DNA of 64,000 nt from Phoronis australis. Its lineage: Eukaryota; Animalia; Phoronida. The notes under the pieces are model-generated. The model was not told the origin of the DNA. It did not search any database and worked only from the letters and a program-made list of their open reading frames with translations. The stretch is taken from positions 99,438-163,437 of the forward strand of contig NMRA01000595.1 in the NCBI GenBank assembly GCA_002633005.1, in the 5' to 3' direction. The first letter of the stretch is position 1. The number at the start of each line of letters is the position of its first letter. Made by a program: the position numbers and the translations under genes. Below are positions 60,701-64,000 of the stretch, piece by piece.

Positions 60701-63700
60701 GCTTAGGCACACAGGGGGCGCTGTAACTGTACTCAGTTGGGTTTATACACAGATTAAATTCAGAAACTTAAATAAATAAACAGCAGGCAGGTATGGGTAA
60801 TGTACTATGCAAATGACAGATTTGAGGAAATGCACTTATAAGCAAGCATGTACTTAAAATGCAAGAGTTTAAGTGAAAGCAAATATAAGATATAATATAC
60901 CTATACCAATATTACAAAATCATCAAGAAGGTCCTTAAAAGGGTGTAAAAAGTGCGTGTCATTACAACTCAAGTACATACACAAAAAACAATGTAGATGG
61001 AACAAACTTAGAAAAACAAAAATGAACAACTTTGTACTCTTCGTCAGCTTTGGAAGGAAAGACTGACACAGCGCAACTGTTGGAATACGGATGTTTTTTT
61101 CAAGATTGCATGGTCTCCTAATCTTTTTCTTAATTAGAGTTAAAACAACAGCATGTTTGTGTTGTTAGATTGAACATTAATACATGCTAATTATAGTTTT
61201 GTAATACTTGACAGAAAAACAGCATTTTAAAATTGTACAATGATAGTGTATATATTGTATACTGAAGACTAGCTTCCTTAAACCACCTTCAGGTGGTGAT
61301 GGAGTAACATTGTATCTTTTCTAAAATCTCTTGGTCCAATTCAGACTAACTTCTAGCCTATTTACATTCTGTTGGCATTATGTTTTAGTTCATCATTCAT
61401 CCAGCCACTTTCATGGGTAAAAGAATTTTAGAAGTACAAGCGCGGGTTTTTAATAATCTTGTGGGGTCAATGATGATCACTTTCAGTGAATAAGGAACTT
61501 TGTCGGTCAAGCATTTTCGTCACTAGACCACTGAATCATCCGGTAGTTGTCAGTTGAGCACTCTCATCACTAGACCACTGAGTCATCAGGTAGTTGTCAG
61601 TTGAGCACTCTCATCACTAGACCACTGAATCATCAGGTAATTTAGGAATTTAATAAGTTTATCTTGTAATGTAAGACTGAAGACTTGTTCACATCATTCA
61701 TCGAACACAGAGACATACCAGCAGCAGTGACGTCCTGGCACACGGTACAGATGGTCTTCAAGATGGCCACCAACATGTCTTCACTGACCGGCGGTGGAAT
61801 GGCATCTGAAGCAATGAGAAATGTCATGTTATAATATCAATATCAATATCAATATCATCTATTGTACATCGTGGGCATTGCCTACGAATACATAAATTCA
61901 AAAGAACATGTTCTAAGTATTTACACAGAGCAGTTCCTGTCTTTAAGCCATAGCCCTCTGAATATACAATGCAAGGCTCTGGATACTGTCATGATTCTTA
62001 TGTTGGAATAACCTAACAAGAGAAGAGTTAACATTCATAAGCTTTGGTGGATTTTTCTAAGGTCTCCAAGAACAGGACATCGACACATGAAATGAGGCTC
62101 ATCTTCCATTTCATCACGATTGCTCGATTGCTTATGCCGCATTTTCTCTCACTTCCAGGAATACCCATATGTCTACCTTTCTCTGCATTAAGTGAGTGAC
62201 CTGAACATCAAACTGTGAAATCATTCTTCTCGAATAAGCAATTAAACAATTCACATATTGCTTGCTAACTACATGTCATTTAAGAAGACTATTAAATTCA
62301 TATTGATCTGAACTACCTCTTTCCAGTTGCCATTCTTGTACTCCACAATCTAGTGAACCTCTCCTTGAAAGCCATAATAAATTCAACAAACACTACCTGG
62401 GCCAAATAACCACACCTTTCCATATTACCTGAGCCAAATAACCACACCTTTCCATATTACCTGGGCCAAATAACCACACCTTTCCATAACCGTACCAACA
62501 CAAAATTTCTTTGACAGGGTGTGCCCAGTTACAATTACCGTTTTCACCCTGTTCCCTAAGCATACTATAGCACTTCAGTGGGAACCTAATTATGTTCTTC
62601 CATATCATGTAATATTGTCCAAAAGATAATTGGTTTACACATTATATTTTGTAATTAACAATCGTCACATTCACCAGCAGCCACCACATACTCAATCTGA
62701 GAAAAATATTTTTACAAGAATCACTATTAACTTCTTTGATTCACATATTGACGTGCCCAATATTTTTACACCATATCTTAGTATGGGCATTATCACGGAG
62801 CCAAAAAGTTTAAAGTGCACTGTATGGGAAGTACAGTTCATTGCCTTTCGAGCTTGGCAAGCAAGTATTCTACAACACTCTGTTCTTTTAAGTCTGCAGA
62901 ATGTGACTCCTAGGTACTCGTAGTCGTACCATTTGGTACATGTATCTATTTCCTTGTGGCAAAAAAAAACACCTTTCAGTATTTGAAAGTATGCCCCCTC
63001 GCTTAAATACTACAACATTTGTTTTCTACCAATTAATTTGCAAGTTCCAATCTCAACAAAACTTTTCGAGGACAATGAGCTTCACCTGTAGCCCAGCAAC
63101 AGTATTCAAAACCAGAAGTGGACATCAAATAAAAATGTAACCTTGGGTTAAGGAGATTTACCTGGTTTTCATTTTAAAAGAAAATATAAAAGCATATTAC
63201 TGAAGAACAAAAATGGACTAAAAGATTTCAGGAGCATCAATCAAATGGGGGTTGTCAGTGATGGATGTGAATATATTGGTTACACAATTTCATAGGGTAT
63301 ATATTTAAGCACATATTAATAAAGCATAAAAATATTTCCAGGTGATCAGTGCAATGGGTCCACATGTGAGGCCTGCGCATGTCTGGTACAACGTGTATCA
63401 GACCGCCTGCAATTATTTTATATTTTATATTGTTCGGAGGGAAACTTTTAAAAAAAGAGTGACGTCACAAAATGCATTGTTACCTTTAACAGAACAGAAA
63501 GTGACTTGAGGGACGATACTCTTCAGTTTTTCAGGTAGCTCATATATATCCTGAGCAGAAACTTGAAATTTCCGCCCATAGTCAACGGCCAAAACAGTGA
63601 AAGTGTGGTCTCCTCCACCAACTACCATGCAACGAACAAACTCTGATTGGCCACTGAGAGTGACGCTGCAGCAGACGAGCTGTCCAGTCACTGGACTGGA

Positions 63701-64000
63701 AGAAAGTTTTCTCCGTTCATTTTCAGAAGTCAACTCTGATCGGACAAATTCGACTTGCTGAAACATTTTCTCCCCAATGTGGGCGAAAAAGTTTAAATTT
63801 GGTAAAACGTGCACCACTTCTACACTGTCCCACACAGAGGAGGATATGTCACTGTCAACAGTCCATATTGAGCCAGCTTCGACTAGTTCATCTCTCACAG
63901 TCACATCTGTTTCAGGGTTTGTTGTGTCAAACAGTTCCACCTGGTAGCACGTGATGACACTGCAGTACTTAACTGCCAGGGACCCGTTCAAATGTAACTC
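45779..64000 (-). CDS. Tudor + ARM-like repeat + Schlafen/AlbA_2 domain protein (5' end outside window)
   Basis: Phase-consistent exons: >64000-63484 (extended Tudor: GQLVCC...EFVRCMV...VLAVDYG...IYELPEKLKSIVPQ), 61805-61719, 60720-60496, 58874-58746, 57308-57170 (ARM-like: LGQIGGVKKIL, ALTNLMFNCADNKQLFADLRGLELLLHL), 56309-56087 (R/S-rich), 53589-53499, 52791-52711, 51701-51588, 50906-50792, 48907-48694 (AlbA_2: HELRP...IVVSFLNSGKGGSIYFGMDEQNVVQGI...RDEFRLGVD...FIPPV...YVIEVKI...VY...CYCRFGANT), 47868-47789, and a tentative last exon 45842-45779. Confidence 0.82.
47015..48199. repeat. ~590-bp near-identical direct duplication (47015-47606 vs 47608-48199) joined by a single N; probable assembly artefact
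   Basis: The copies differ by a few substitutions and meet exactly at the N at 47607; they duplicate exon 47868-47789. Confidence 0.85.
48018..48253. mobile_element. Fold-back (~70-bp inverted arms) with a hammerhead-like core; probable Penelope-like element relic
   Basis: ctcttggtctatttacaccgacctctagtctatatacactgtcacgacgtttcggt is mirrored by accgaaacatcgtgacattgtatatagactagaggtctgtgtaaatagatcaagag. Confidence 0.7.
48075..48116 (-). ncRNA. Degenerate minimal type I hammerhead ribozyme-like motif
   Basis: Minus strand CAC-CTGACGA-TGGCCG...CAACC-GAAA-CG-TC-GTG: core boxes, GUC cleavage triplet and 3-bp stem I; stem II is partly mismatched. Confidence 0.55.
49290..50800. repeat. Degenerate ~80-bp tandem repeat (49290-49508 and 50523-50800) split by a MITE
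   Basis: Recurrent cagacaaactcactctctacagcagg...cagaccacacc..aaac.cacctgtacag units. Confidence 0.75.
49509..50522. mobile_element. ~1-kb non-autonomous hAT-type DNA transposon
   Basis: TIRs cagggcttcatccag / ctgcatgaaggcctg; 8-bp TSD ggtacagc / ggtactgc; subterminal gggtgtcc/gggcgtcc repeats. Confidence 0.8.
53970..54358. repeat. Minisatellite, 39-bp unit x10
   Basis: cttggacaaggtctcaagatataacaaagtgcttgttgg in near-perfect tandem. Confidence 0.97.
54496..55970. mobile_element. TA-flanked non-autonomous Tc1/mariner/pogo-like DNA transposon carrying a HIRAN-like relic
   Basis: Ends TA|ccgaatttgccgaaataac and gttattacagcgaatacag|TA form an imperfect TIR; subterminal ataagc.cccccc repeats; the minus strand at 54676-54910 reads GFHLYKEIWIP...NPIDKY...PRKISR...LRHGGSLKC...GL. 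Confidence 0.65.
57348..57470. repeat. Minisatellite, 31-bp unit, ~4 copies
   Basis: gtaaattacaatagatacggactgatgacca-type units. Confidence 0.9.
57760..57906. repeat. Minisatellite, 20-bp unit (atctttgtaatttgtgggtc), ~7 copies
   Basis: Direct tandem copies. Confidence 0.95.
59652..59886. repeat. Minisatellite, 26-bp unit (aaatacaacagaattattatgcaagc) x9
   Basis: Direct tandem copies. Confidence 0.95.
61520..61640. repeat. 47-bp tandem repeat, ~2.5 copies
   Basis: tcactagaccactgaatcatcaggtagttgtcagttgagcactctca. Confidence 0.85.
61832..63140 (-). mobile_element. Decayed non-LTR retrotransposon 3' portion (RTE-X/L2-like RT C-terminus)
   Basis: Minus-strand pieces DYEYLGVTF (YKYLG-type RT motif), KLFGSVIMPILRYG, NWAHPVKEILCWYGYGKVW and EDEPHFMCRCP; (GATATT)n microsatellite tail near 61832-61856; internal 33-bp tandem at 62392-62487. 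Confidence 0.75.

Overview
AT-rich, intron-rich animal (invertebrate-like) genomic DNA with two N gaps and one single N. I assembled four spliced genes by hand from GT-AG boundaries and reading-frame phase. (1) AXDND1 on the minus strand, 26827->3436, about 24 coding exons. (2) SURF2 on the plus strand, 28690->34265, head-to-head with AXDND1. (3) An STPG3-like PG-rich repeat gene on the minus strand, 40997->37007, plus a frameshifted partial duplicate at 42419-44378. (4) A 5'-incomplete minus-strand gene (>64000->~45779) that joins a Tudor domain, ARM-like repeats, an R/S-rich linker and a C-terminal Schlafen/AlbA_2 domain; this is the most notable feature. Other highlights are two Penelope-type fold-backs with minimal hammerhead ribozyme cores, a possible swap-in alternative exon in AXDND1, an orphan USP His-box fragment beside a gap, a TA-flanked DNA transposon with a HIRAN-like relic, hAT MITEs with 8-bp TSDs, LINE relics, many minisatellites and recurrent CTCF-like motifs. 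All calls come from reading the sequence; no searches were run.
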